Below, in pieces: positions 19,202 to 29,157 of a stretch of DNA of 64,000 nucleotides. A model generated the notes under the pieces. The model was not told the origin of the DNA, did not search any database, and saw nothing but the letters and a program-made list of their open reading frames with translations. The first letter of the stretch is position 1; each line of letters starts with the position of its first letter. Location: positions 704,001-768,000 of the forward strand of contig CAWDVE010000010.1 of the NCBI GenBank assembly GCA_963805625.1, in the 5' to 3' direction. The DNA is from an uncultured Candidatus Rokubacteria bacterium (GTDB taxonomy: Bacteria > Methylomirabilota > Methylomirabilia > Rokubacteriales > DASRDR01). A program made the translations under genes and the position numbers.

Positions 19202-20035
19202 CTACGGGGTGCGCGGGAGCTGACCGGCCTGAAGGTTGACCAGGCGGGCAGCGAGGAATGACGCCCGCGCGGCGCCAGGGCTGAGGGCGGAGGCGTAGAC
19301 GGCCTGGATCGCCGCGATGTCGAGCCCGGTGAGGCTCGACGCGCCAGAGCCGGGGCTCATCCCAAGCCCCCCGCTCATCAGAGAGTTCTCCGCGCCGCCG
19401 ATCAGGCGCGCGTCGATGTGGCAGAGGCCGAGTACCGCGTGGCCCACCACATCGTGGACGGTAGCGGAGACGCTTCGGTCTCGGGGCTCCACCACCCGCG
19501 CTCCCATCAGGAGTCCCCGCCCCGCGAAGCGGTACTGGACGCACCCCGCGTCCGAGGGGCACCCGGCTGCTCGCGGTAGCGCCACCTCGGTCACCGTCAC
19601 CTCGTTGACTCCGGGCTGGGGATCGAGCTCGGGCGTCACCTGGAGGTTGACCGTCAGCGCGCCCGCCGTCGCTCCCGCGAGTGCCTCCGCGGCTTCGGCG
19701 AGACCGGCCTGTACGGGAGCCGGCACGCTTCTGGCGACGCGCATCCGAACGAGGGTCCCCCGGGGGTAGCCGCTCCAGAAGCCCTGGAGCGGACAGTCGG
19801 TCGAGCCGCCCCGGGGAATGAGGGGACCTGATCCGACGAAGAGGGCGTCCACCCAATCAGGCGTCTTCAGACTCTCCGCCTCGGCGCGGCGGGACTCGGC
19901 GAGCCGCGCCGCTTCGGTCGGCGACTGACCGCTCCCGCAGCCCGCCAGGAGCCAGACGACGGCGACTCCGGCGCCGAGCTGACGTGCCAGGATGTCGGTC
20001 CGGGCCACGCCGATACCCCGCCCAGTTAACAACAT
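19202..20035 (-). CDS. Lipoprotein with a variant metzincin-like zinc motif
   Basis: Lipobox LLAGC; HDVVGHAVLGLCH, downstream SLM (Met-turn-like) and DIAAIQAVY. Confidence 0.65.
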   Translation of the reverse strand: MLLTGRGIGVARTDILARQLGAGVAVVWLLAGCGSGQSPTEAARLAESRRAEAESLKTPDWVDALFVGSGPLIPRGGSTDCPLQGFWSGYPRGTLVRMRVARSVPAPVQAGLAEAAEALAGATAGALTVNLQVTPELDPQPGVNEVTVTEVALPRAAGCPSDAGCVQYRFAGRGLLMGARVVEPRDRSVSATVHDVVGHAVLGLCHIDARLIGGAENSLMSGGLGMSPGSGASSLTGLDIAAIQAVYASALSPGAARASFLAARLVNLQAGQLPRTP

Positions 20036-20219
20036 GACTTCTGATCATACCTCAAAGCGCGCCGTCACTGAATCGGGGAAGTGCCGGTCCGCTCCGGTCG
20101 GGGCTCGGAGTAGGATGCTGGACAGGCCTGCGGAGTGTCCTCCTCGAGAACGAGGGCCCCGCCCTCCTGTCGGGTTCTGGTCACTGACGTGACGGCACGC
20201 GCAGCGGGGAGAGGAGGCG

Positions 20220-20396
20220 ATCCTACACGAAGAGCCGCAGTACACGGTGGACCGGGTGACGCTGGGTGACTCAATGCACGCGAAGGGATATAGGTTCGTC
20301 GTGCTCAGCCCGGGGAATGTTCCCATCGCTCACTTCACGACCGACAAAGAGGCAGAGCACGACGCGGACGCGCACAACGTGCGACACCACGGTTGA
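20220..20396 (+). other. Short ORF without a canonical start near the SD (58 codons)
   Basis: GAGGAGG at 20211-20217, then ILHEEPQYTVDRVTLGDSMHAKGYRFVVLSPGNVPIAHFTTDKEAEHDADAHNVRHHG*. Confidence 0.35.
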
Positions 20397-20462
20397 CCCG
20401 TGGGTACGACGCCCGGGCACCATCTATCTGACGGACCCGACCGGCGTGGGGGGGGGTGGGAG

Positions 20463-20948
20463 ATGACCGGACTCACCTTCGATCAGTGGCTGAAGTTCTT
20501 CTCCATCGCCGGCGCCATCGGCTCCTTCGTCTGGGGCGTGTGGGTGTGGCAGGACAAGGCGGACAAGGAGCGCAATCAGGCCCGCCTCGAGGCGGCAAAG
20601 TACGCGGAGACGCGACGCGTCGAGGCGGCCAAGCCCTTCCTGGACAAGCAGCTCGCGCTGTTCACGGAGGCCACCCAGGTGGCCTCTTACATCGCCAACG
20701 CTCCCTCGCGAGCGACCGCGGCCCGCAAGATCGAGCGCTTCTGGCAGCTCTACTGGGGAGAGCTCGCCCTCGTCGAGCGCGGCGGCGTGGCGAAGGCCAT
20801 GATCGCCTTCGGTGAAGGGCTCAACGCTCAGCAATCCCCGCCAGTGCTGAGGGGGCTGGCACTCGATCTCGCGCATGCCTGCCGCGACGAGCTGGCCGTC
20901 TCCTGGGGGACGGACGCGTGGAGACGAGCGTCACCCTCGTCGCCCTGA
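20463..20948 (+). CDS. Hypothetical single-pass membrane protein
   Basis: N-terminal TM segment (FFSIAGAIGSFVWGVWVW) and a helical domain with RFWQLYWGELALVE; GC3-rich codons. Confidence 0.8.
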   Translation: MTGLTFDQWLKFFSIAGAIGSFVWGVWVWQDKADKERNQARLEAAKYAETRRVEAAKPFLDKQLALFTEATQVASYIANAPSRATAARKIERFWQLYWGELALVERGGVAKAMIAFGEGLNAQQSPPVLRGLALDLAHACRDELAVSWGTDAWRRASPSSP

Positions 20949-21092
20949 CGGAATCCGGCGAGACCCTGGGACCGCCTCGTCCCGGGGCCTACGAGGATTG
21001 CCGTCGGCCGCCTGGACGAGCGCTCGGCCGGGCTCGCTACGCAACCGCTGTGGTTTCGCGCTAAGATGCCGGCTGGACAAGGGGGGCTAGAA

Positions 21093-21842
21093 GTGCCCGA
21101 CAAGAAAGCGGTTCTCTACCACCGCCCCGGCTGAAGCTCCTGCGCCAAGACGAGAGAGTTGCTCTCGTCGTGGGGAGTGCCGTTCGACTCGGTCGACATC
21201 GAGGCCGAGCCGGCCGCGCGCGCCGACCTGAAACGCCTCGGCGTGCCGGCGGTCCCCGCCGTCGTCGCGGTCGGAGGCGTGGTCCACGGCTGGAATCCGG
21301 GCGCGCTCGCAGAGCTGGTCGGCGTCCGGTACGAAGGCGCTCAGCGGCTCTCCCCGGCCGCGCTCGCCGAGCGCCTCGACCGGGTCCTCGCCGCGGTGGG
21401 CCGGGTGGTCCAGACCGTCGCGCCCGAGCACCTGAGTCTCCAGCACCCCGGCCGCGATCGCTCGCTCCACCAGCTCGCCTACCACCTCTTCCGGCTGAGC
21501 CTCGCCTACCGGGACGCCATGCTCGAGCGCCGCCTCCCCGAGACCTGGCTCCAGGAGATGGCACCCGCGGGGCTGCCCGACGGTCCCGCCCTCGCAGGAT
21601 ACGGTGCGGCCGTGCGCGTGGCGTTGCAGGGTTCGTTCGGCACCGAGGCGGCGACCGTCGGGACCGTCGAGACGTACTATGGTGCCCAGAGCGCCCACGA
21701 GCTTCTCGAGCGCACGGTCTGGCACGCGGCCCAGCACCTACGCCAGATCCACGCGCTCCTCGAGGACGCCGGGGCGCCGCCGCCGGAGCCGCTCGACCGG
21801 TCGCTCCTCGTGGGACTCCCGCTCCCGCAGTCGGTCTGGTAG
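21093..21842 (+). CDS. Predicted selenoprotein: glutaredoxin-like (UxxC) domain fused to a DinB-like domain
   Basis: GTG 21093 reads PDKKAVLYHRPG-TGA(21132-21134)-SSCAKTRELLSSWGVPFDSVDI in frame with the track ORF 21159..21842; VPAV cis-Pro motif; DinB His residues in LAYH and WHAAQH; SECIS-like hairpin follows. Confidence 0.85.
21149..21169 (+). promoter_or_regulatory. Putative bacterial SECIS element
   Basis: gacgagag-AGTTG-ctctcgtc, a perfect 8-bp stem; loop G (followed by U) is 24 nt after the UGA. Confidence 0.75.
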
Positions 21843-21927
21843 TCCTCGCCATTCCCGCGGCCCAGGTCAGCGCGTCGCCGCCAATCAGGTCGGATCGAGC
21901 CGATGCGAGCGCAGCGCCATCACGGCG

Positions 21928-24819
21928 CTATCGTGCGAGGGCCTCCCAGAGAAGCTCCGCCGGGTGCTTCGGCACGCGCCCCGTCGTGTGCTCCACCTGC
22001 TGGCGGCACGAGATGCCCGGCGCGCAGACGGCGACGTCGGGCTCCGCCGCCCGCACGGCCGGCGCCAGACGCCGCTCGGCGATCTTGACGGAGAGGTCGT
22101 AGTGCTCCGCCTCGAACCCGAACGACCCCGCCATGCCGCAGCAGCCGGCGTCCACCTCGGTCACCTGATAGCCCGCCGCCTTGAGGACCGCGATCGTGGG
22201 AGCCGTCCCCACCAGCGCCTTCTGGTGGCAGTGGCCGTGGAGCAGCGCTCGCCGGCCGTTCGCTGCGAACGTCGGCCGGTCGCCCCGCGCCCACTCGCGC
22301 TGGAGGAACTCCTCGAGGAGCAGACTCTGTCGTGCCACGATCCGAGCATCCTCGGTGCGCACCAGCTCCGGGTACTCGTCCCGGAGCGTGAGGAGACACG
22401 AGGGCTCGAGCCCGACGATCGGCCGGCCCTGGCGTGCCGCTCCGGCGAGCCGCGCGATGTTGTCGGCCGCCACGGTGCGCGCCTCGTCGAGCATACCCTT
22501 GGAGATCATCGGCCGCCCGCAGCACCCGCGGTCGGCGAGAACCACCCGATACCCGAGGGTCTCCAGGAGACGGGTCGCCGCAATCGCGACGCCCGGCGTC
22601 TGGTAGGTGTTGAAGGTATCGTGGAAGAGCACGATCTCGCCGCGCGCCCCACTCCCCTCGGGCTGCCGGCGGCCGAACCACCGCTCGAAGGACTCGGCCG
22701 CGAACGAGGGGAGCGGACGCCGCCGATCGATGCCGGCCACGCGCTCGAGGAGCCACCGGTGGGGCGCCGAGCGCGCGATCCAGTTCGAGACGGGTGCCAG
22801 GGCGGATCCAATCCGGGCCAGCGCGTGGATCTGGCCGAAGAGCCGGTTGCGGAGGGGGAGCCCGTTGGCCCGGTAGTAGTGGGCGAGGAACTCGTACTTG
22901 ATCTTGGCCATGTCGACGTTGGCCGGGCATTCGGCCTTGCACGCCTTGCACTCGAGACAGAGGTCGAGCACCTCGTACATCCGCCGGCCGGTGAATTCCG
23001 ACCGCGGCATCTTGCCCGACAGCACCGCGCGGAGGGCGTTGGCGCGCCCGCGGGTCGAGTGCTCCTCGTCGAGCGTCGCCATGTACGAGGGGCACATCGT
23101 CCCCTCGAGCTTCTTTCGGCACACGCCGATCCCGTTGCACATCTCGACCGCGCCCGCGAATCCGCCCTGCCCCGAGAAGTCGAGAAGCGTGTCCGGCTCC
23201 CACGTGCGGTAGCCCGGCCCGTAGCGGAGATGCTCGGTCATCGGCGGGGCGTCGACGATATTCCCCGGATTGAGGATTCCCTTCGGGTCGAACGTGCGCT
23301 TGACCTGCCGGAACGCGTCGTAGAGCCGCGACCCGTAGAGCGTCTCGTTGAAGGGGCTGCGCGCCCGGCCGTCCCCGTGCTCGCCCGAGAGCCCGCCGCC
23401 GAACTCCATCACGAGGGCCGTGATCTCCTCGGCGATGGCCTGCATCTTCCGGATCTCACCCGCGTCCTTCAGGTTGATCAGCGGACGGATGTGGAGGCAC
23501 CCGACCGAGCAGTGCCCGTAGTAGCCCGCCTTGGCCCCGTGGCGTCCGAGGATCTCGCGGAAGCGCCCGATGAACGGGCCCAGCTTGGCCGGCTCGACCG
23601 CCGTGTCCTCGACGAACGCGATGGGCTTCCGGTCGCCCTTGGTCCCGAGGAGGAGGCCGAGGCCGGCCTTTCGGAGCTTCCAGATGGATTGCTGCTCGGC
23701 GGGATCGTAGGCGATGTGGGCGACGTAACCGATCCGCTTCCGCGCGCGGAGTGTCTCCAGCGCGTCGACCTTGGCGCGCACCTCCGCCTCGCTCTCGCCG
23801 GAGTACTCGACCATCATGATGGCCGCGGGATCGCCCTGGACGAACCCCATGCGCGCGCGCTGCTCGATGTTTTCCCGGGCGAGATCGAGGATCATCTTGT
23901 CGGTGACCTCGACCGCGTACGGCCCGGTGGTCAGGAGGTCGACGGACGACTCGAGCGCCGCCTGGAGGTCGTCGTAGTGGATCACGTCGAGAGCCGTGAA
24001 CTTGGGTCGGGGGACCAGCCGCATCTTCATCTCGACCACAGCGACGAGCGTGCCCTCGGAGCCCACGGCCAGCCGGTGGAGCCCGAACGGCTGGGGCTTC
24101 ACGAGCTCGTCGAGGTTGTAGCCGGAGACACGGCGCATGAGCTTCGGGTACCGCGCGCGGATCTCGTCCGCGTGCTGCCCCACCAGCCGCCGCACCTCGC
24201 GGTAGATCTGCCCCTCCAGCCCGTCCGCCCGGCACTTGGCCTCGAGCTCGACCGGCGTCAGGTCCCGGAGGGTGATCTCGGATCCGTCGGCCAGGAGGCA
24301 CCGGAGCTCGAGCACGTGATCGATCGTCTTCCCGTAGGCGATCGAGTGGGAGCCCGCGGAGTTGTTCCCCGACATCCCGCCGATGGTCGCGCGGTTCGAG
24401 GTCGAGGTGTCGGGCCCGAAGAGAAGGCCCATCGGCCGCACGTGGGCGTTCAGCTCGTCCTGGATCACGCCGGGCTGGACGCGGCACCAGAGCTCCTCCC
24501 GGTTCACTTCCAGCACCTGGTGCATGTACTTCGAGAAGTCGAGCACGACGGCGTGGTTGACCGTCTGACCGATGAGGCTCGTGCCCCCGCCGCGCGGCAG
24601 GACCGGGACGTTGTACCGGTTCGCGAGCTCCAGCACCGCCTGGACGTCGTCCTTCGAGCGCGGCAGCACGACGCCGATCGGCTCCACCTGGTACATGGAG
24701 GCGTCCGTCGAGTATAGGAGGCGGGAGTAGTCGTCGAAGCGGACCTCGCCCTCGACGACACGCCGGAGCTCCCGCTCGAGATCGTTGCCGACCGGGGTCA
24801 GACTGTGACTGCCAGACAC
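21928..24819 (-). CDS. FAD-binding and Fe-S-binding oxidoreductase (GlcD/GlcF fusion, YdiJ-like)
   Basis: PRGGGTS, SGEHGDG, CNGIGVC, CLECKACKAECP, CCG motifs, HGHCHQKA. Confidence 0.93.
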   Translation of the reverse strand: MSGSHSLTPVGNDLERELRRVVEGEVRFDDYSRLLYSTDASMYQVEPIGVVLPRSKDDVQAVLELANRYNVPVLPRGGGTSLIGQTVNHAVVLDFSKYMHQVLEVNREELWCRVQPGVIQDELNAHVRPMGLLFGPDTSTSNRATIGGMSGNNSAGSHSIAYGKTIDHVLELRCLLADGSEITLRDLTPVELEAKCRADGLEGQIYREVRRLVGQHADEIRARYPKLMRRVSGYNLDELVKPQPFGLHRLAVGSEGTLVAVVEMKMRLVPRPKFTALDVIHYDDLQAALESSVDLLTTGPYAVEVTDKMILDLARENIEQRARMGFVQGDPAAIMMVEYSGESEAEVRAKVDALETLRARKRIGYVAHIAYDPAEQQSIWKLRKAGLGLLLGTKGDRKPIAFVEDTAVEPAKLGPFIGRFREILGRHGAKAGYYGHCSVGCLHIRPLINLKDAGEIRKMQAIAEEITALVMEFGGGLSGEHGDGRARSPFNETLYGSRLYDAFRQVKRTFDPKGILNPGNIVDAPPMTEHLRYGPGYRTWEPDTLLDFSGQGGFAGAVEMCNGIGVCRKKLEGTMCPSYMATLDEEHSTRGRANALRAVLSGKMPRSEFTGRRMYEVLDLCLECKACKAECPANVDMAKIKYEFLAHYYRANGLPLRNRLFGQIHALARIGSALAPVSNWIARSAPHRWLLERVAGIDRRRPLPSFAAESFERWFGRRQPEGSGARGEIVLFHDTFNTYQTPGVAIAATRLLETLGYRVVLADRGCCGRPMISKGMLDEARTVAADNIARLAGAARQGRPIVGLEPSCLLTLRDEYPELVRTEDARIVARQSLLLEEFLQREWARGDRPTFAANGRRALLHGHCHQKALVGTAPTIAVLKAAGYQVTEVDAGCCGMAGSFGFEAEHYDLSVKIAERRLAPAVRAAEPDVAVCAPGISCRQQVEHTTGRVPKHPAELLWEALAR

Positions 24820-24829
24820 TTCGGGCGCC

Positions 24830-25291
24830 CTACTTCTTCGCCTTGTCGATCGCGGCCCTGAGCTCCGCCGCCTCCTTCTTGTCGAGCGGCTCGAGTCGCC
24901 CGAGCACCGCGCGCGCGTCGTCGAGCTTGCCCATCTTCACGTATGCCTCCCCGAGGTACTCGAGAGCCTCCGCGTAGTCCGGCCGGAGCTTGAGCGCACG
25001 GTCGTAGGCCTTGATCGCCTCCGGGTACTTCCCCTGCTGGCGGAGCGTGAAGCCGAGGCCGTTCCACGCCTCCGGGAAGGCTTCGCGCTGCTTGATCGCC
25101 GCCTCGTAGGCCTGGGCCGCCCGCCGCCAGTCCTTCTTGTTCTGGGCGTCGAGGCCCTCCTGAAAGAAGCGCTCGGCCGACGCCGGGACGCCCGGCGGCG
25201 GGGCCGCCGGCGTCGGGCCGTCCGCCCACCCCGTCACCGCGAAGAGGAGAAGTCCCGCCCCGATCGCCCGCCCGATTCCTACCCTCTGCAT
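24830..25291 (-). CDS. Exported tetratricopeptide repeat protein
   Basis: Signal peptide; TPR units EAWNGLGF and AEALEYLGEAY. Confidence 0.85.
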   Translation of the reverse strand: MQRVGIGRAIGAGLLLFAVTGWADGPTPAAPPPGVPASAERFFQEGLDAQNKKDWRRAAQAYEAAIKQREAFPEAWNGLGFTLRQQGKYPEAIKAYDRALKLRPDYAEALEYLGEAYVKMGKLDDARAVLGRLEPLDKKEAAELRAAIDKAKK

Positions 25292-25368
25292 CCTTCCGCC
25301 TCCCGATCGCCTTGCTGGCGCCCACCTGGTGTCCCGCCGGCCGCGTTCGCGCCCCGGCAGCTCGGCCG

Positions 25369-26589
25369 TCATTGTCGCACAGCCTCGGCGGCGCCTCCTG
25401 CCACCGTGGCATATCCGACGAGCTCGACGTACCCGGAACCCTCGAGAGGGCGTCCGTCCGCGGTCCCCTCCACGCGTACCGCGCCTTCCCAATAGCGGAC
25501 CGCCAGATCGAGCTCCTGGTCCCGCAGAAGCGGTGTCACCACAACGTCGAGACTCGCCGACGGGATCCGGAGCCGCCACCGAGCCGGGTACCGCACCCCG
25601 CCCCGCGGGCTCGCCCAGTGATCGAGGACGAGGACCTCGACCGCGTCCCGGTCGAGGGAGCGCGCCGTGCCGTCAGCCGCGACGAGGGTGCCCTGGCTCG
25701 CCGGGGAGATTCCTCCGTCGCGCTGGCGGAGGCGGTACAGCATGAGCTCACGGCCGTCGGCGAGCTGGAGCGCGAACCAGTCCCAGCCCACCTGGTCCGG
25801 GCCAAGGGCGCTCGTGCTCCACTCCCGGTCCATCCACGCGAGTCCTTCGACCGGGAGCTCACGTCCGCTAGCCTGCACCTCTCCGGAAACCGGCAACCGC
25901 GTCAGCGAGTAGTAGTAGGACGCGTTCCCCGGTTCGGCGCCTTTCCGCGAGAGCCCGCGCTCGCCGTGGAGCACCGGCGGCTTGCCCCCCGAGAGCGTGA
26001 GGTCGATGCGGAGATCACCCTCGCCCGCGCGGAGGCGGAGCGGCCACCCGGCCCGCGCTGGGGCCTCGGCAACCCAGTCGCCGATCCACACGCGGAACGG
26101 GTCGCCCGCAGCGCCGGCGAGGTCGAGCGCGCCCCGCGCCCAGCGGTCGCGCGCGTAGAACCGGCCCGCGTCCACATCGGTCAGCGCGAGGTGAGCCATG
26201 TACACGTCGCGCGTGCTCCAGGCCGATCCCCGCGACGCCGCCGCCGGGACGAGTGCCGTGCGGAAGAACGTCAGCTGGAATCCGAAGCGCCGGCTGGCCC
26301 CCCCCTCCGCGGCGCGGAGGTTCCCGGTCCAGTACCACCACTCCGTGCGAAAGGTCGGGTGCGGGCCGTGATCCGCCGGAAACGCGAGCGGACGCGGAGC
26401 GAGCGCCCGCTCGAAGCCCTCGGCGCTCGTCGCCCCGAGCGCCTCGGCCACGGAGAGCGTCGCCCCGAGGCTCGGCGGCGAGGACTCTTCCCCATCCAGA
26501 CGGATGATGAACGCAAGTCCGACGGCCAGGGCTGCCACGGTGGCGAGCACGCCGAGGAGCAGACCCGTGCCGGGACCCGATCGCCTCAC
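25369..26589 (-). CDS. AttH/CrtC-like lipocalin-fold secreted protein
   Basis: FPADHGPHP, TEWWYWTGNL, ASYYYS, WMDREWS, WDWFALQL, YWEGAV, GYVELVGY. Confidence 0.9.
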   Translation of the reverse strand: MRRSGPGTGLLLGVLATVAALAVGLAFIIRLDGEESSPPSLGATLSVAEALGATSAEGFERALAPRPLAFPADHGPHPTFRTEWWYWTGNLRAAEGGASRRFGFQLTFFRTALVPAAASRGSAWSTRDVYMAHLALTDVDAGRFYARDRWARGALDLAGAAGDPFRVWIGDWVAEAPARAGWPLRLRAGEGDLRIDLTLSGGKPPVLHGERGLSRKGAEPGNASYYYSLTRLPVSGEVQASGRELPVEGLAWMDREWSTSALGPDQVGWDWFALQLADGRELMLYRLRQRDGGISPASQGTLVAADGTARSLDRDAVEVLVLDHWASPRGGVRYPARWRLRIPSASLDVVVTPLLRDQELDLAVRYWEGAVRVEGTADGRPLEGSGYVELVGYATVAGGAAEAVRQ

Positions 26590-26595
26590 GCCCGG

Positions 26596-29157
26596 TCACT
26601 CCTCCCGCAGCGCCGACGCGGGCGGAGTCCGCGCCATGCGCCAGGCCGGATACGCCCCCGCGACCAGGGCTGCCAGCACCGCCAGCCCCACGGCCTGGAG
26701 CAGGACGTCCACGGGAACCGTGGTCTCGATCGACCACCCGAACGCCCGGCGGTTGATCACGCGGATCAGGACCAGCGCGAGCCCGATGCCGACGGGTACG
26801 GCGAGCACCCCCGCGATCCCGCCGAGGAGCCCGCTCTCCGCCAGCATCAGCCGCCACACCTCGAGCGGCGTGAGCCCCTGGGCCCGCAGGACTCCAAGCT
26901 CCCGGGCCCGCTCAAGCTGGAGCGCCATCAGCGCGCTCAGGATCCCGATCACGGCCACCCCCGTCGCCAGGACACGCAGCACCGCGGTGATCGCGAACGT
27001 GCGGTCGAAGATCTCCAGCGAAGCTTCCCGGAGCGCCCGATTCGAGCGGATCAGGAGGTCCTGGCCCGGGCCCGCGCGGGCGCGAAGCGTGTCCACGGCC
27101 GCCTGCGGGTCGGTGCCCGGAGCGAGCACGAGCCCAACGGAGGAGACACCGCGATCCTCCCAGCTGGCCTCGTAAGTGCGGCGGCTCACCATCACCACAC
27201 CCTGGTCCGAACCGTAGTCCGCGAAGATGCCGGCGACCGGGAAGGCCCGCTCGCCACGGTCGGTGCGGAGCCGGAGCGTGCTGCCCACGCCGAGGCCATG
27301 CCGGTAGGCGTACGGCTCCGAGACGATTGCCGCACCTCCGTCCTGGAAGGCCGGCCACACGCTCTCGGGAGCTCCCGCCAGGAATCGGAACTGACGGTAA
27401 CTGCCGGGGCCGACGCCCAGCGCTACGAGCTGGGTCGGCCCGAACTCCGAGGCAACGCGCGCGCCCCGGTAGGTGCCAACGGCCTGGACGCCGGGCGCAT
27501 CTCGGAGCCGCGCGATCACCGCCGGATCGAGGGTGGACTCACCTCCGCGGCCCGTGCGGAGTGTCGGGGCGGAGACGTACACGTCCGCGACCAGCGAGGT
27601 CTCGAGCCATCGCACGACCGTCGCGCGAAAGCTCCGGATCATGACGCCGACCCCGACGGTCGCCGAGACGGCCACCATGAGCGCGGCCACCGCCACCCCG
27701 GTCCGCGAGAGCTTCGCGACGACGCCCCGCGCCGCCATGCGGCCCGGTAGCCCGAGAAGCCACCCGAGTCCGGGGCTCGCCGCCCGGGCCGCGCCGATCA
27801 TCGCGAACGGCGTGAGGAGCGCGGCGCCCAGGATCATCGCGAAGAGCCCCGCGTAGCTCCAGGCGAGGCTCCGGCCGGCGCCCGCGACGAGGAGCGTCCC
27901 CACCGCGAGCACCGCCAGGCCGGCCAGCGCCGCGCGGGGCGCCCCGCGGCGCGCGCGGGCCTCCAGCACGATCCGCTGGATCGCGGCGCCTGGGGGCGCC
28001 GCGCTGGCCTCGGCCGCCGGAACCAGCCCGGCGAGCAATGTCGCTCCGATCCCGAGGGCCGCGCCCTTCGCCAGCACCGCCGGCGACACCGCCAGGTCCC
28101 GCACAACCACAACGAAGTACAGGTCGTTGATGGTCCGGGTGACGAGTGTGACGAGTCCGCCGGCGAGGCCCACACCCGCGCCGAGACCGAGAGCCGTCGC
28201 GGCGAGCCCGAGGAAGAGTGCCTCGGCGAGGACGGTCGCGACGATCTCCGCGCGCGTGACGCCGAGGGCCCGCAGCATCCCGATCGTCGCGCGGCGCTGG
28301 ACCACGGAGAACGTCATCGTGTTGTACGCGAGGAAGAGCCCCACCATCAACGCCAGAAGCGACAGGGCCGTCAGGTTCACGTCGAACGCGTGCGTCAGCT
28401 CCCCGACAAACTCGCTCCGTGCCCCGGCCGGGACCACTTCGACTCCTGGGGGGAGCGCCGCCCGAACGCGGGTCAGGACCTCCTCTCCCCGCGGTCCTAG
28501 CGGGAGAACGAGGTCGACGCGAGAGAGCCGGCCCGGCTGGCCGAGAACCTCCTGGGCCGTCGTCAGGTCGGCCACGACGAGGCCGCGGAGCGCCTGCTCG
28601 CTCCGCGCATCCTCCGGCTCGATCAGGCCTACGACGCGCACCGGACGCAACCGCCCGCTCACCCGCAGCACGAGGGTGCCCGAGACGCCCACGCGGAGCT
28701 CGGTCGCTGTCTCGCGGCTCACCAGCACCGCGCCCGGCTCGGTGACGAGTGTCCCCAGCGCGCGTGTCCCGGCCCCCGCCCCGCGCCCTCCTCGCCCAAG
28801 ATATGGGCGAAACGGCGCCTCGCTGAACGGGTCGATCCCGAGAAGCTGGAGCGCGCGGCCAGGCGCCCCTTCGACGCTCACCCACGCCTCGACCACCGGC
28901 GCCACGGGATGAACCCCCACCTCCCGGGTGAGCCGCGGAACCACCCGCTCGTCGACCCCCGCTGACCCGCCGACCACCTGGTGGGTCGCTCGCCCGGTCA
29001 CCCCTTCTGCCGACAGGGCGAACGCCCGCCGGGCGCTCACACTCGCGAGGTCCACCGACACCACCATCGCTACACCGAGCGCGATCCCCAGGACGGACAG
29101 AGCCGCCTGCCACGGATGCCGAGCGAGATGGCGGACGCTGGCGCGGAGGAGGATCAT
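26596..29157 (-). CDS. FtsX-like ABC transporter permease (AttF/G-type)
   Basis: Duplicated FtsX/MacB permease halves; LSVLGIALGVA, IGMLRALG, INRRAFGW. Confidence 0.9.
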   Translation of the reverse strand: MILLRASVRHLARHPWQAALSVLGIALGVAMVVSVDLASVSARRAFALSAEGVTGRATHQVVGGSAGVDERVVPRLTREVGVHPVAPVVEAWVSVEGAPGRALQLLGIDPFSEAPFRPYLGRGGRGAGAGTRALGTLVTEPGAVLVSRETATELRVGVSGTLVLRVSGRLRPVRVVGLIEPEDARSEQALRGLVVADLTTAQEVLGQPGRLSRVDLVLPLGPRGEEVLTRVRAALPPGVEVVPAGARSEFVGELTHAFDVNLTALSLLALMVGLFLAYNTMTFSVVQRRATIGMLRALGVTRAEIVATVLAEALFLGLAATALGLGAGVGLAGGLVTLVTRTINDLYFVVVVRDLAVSPAVLAKGAALGIGATLLAGLVPAAEASAAPPGAAIQRIVLEARARRGAPRAALAGLAVLAVGTLLVAGAGRSLAWSYAGLFAMILGAALLTPFAMIGAARAASPGLGWLLGLPGRMAARGVVAKLSRTGVAVAALMVAVSATVGVGVMIRSFRATVVRWLETSLVADVYVSAPTLRTGRGGESTLDPAVIARLRDAPGVQAVGTYRGARVASEFGPTQLVALGVGPGSYRQFRFLAGAPESVWPAFQDGGAAIVSEPYAYRHGLGVGSTLRLRTDRGERAFPVAGIFADYGSDQGVVMVSRRTYEASWEDRGVSSVGLVLAPGTDPQAAVDTLRARAGPGQDLLIRSNRALREASLEIFDRTFAITAVLRVLATGVAVIGILSALMALQLERARELGVLRAQGLTPLEVWRLMLAESGLLGGIAGVLAVPVGIGLALVLIRVINRRAFGWSIETTVPVDVLLQAVGLAVLAALVAGAYPAWRMARTPPASALREE

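Noticed and set aside
20448-20456. G9 homopolymer as a phase-variation tract
   Set aside because: It occupies the SD position of the 20463 gene and is short for GC-rich DNA; there is no evidence of length variation.
21604-24717. 1037-aa plus-strand ORF (likewise 6371..8494, 25312..27750, 38809..41301, 56141..59005 and 61681..63810)
   Set aside because: Stop-poor antisense frames typical of high-GC DNA; no motifs, and each lies opposite a well-supported gene.
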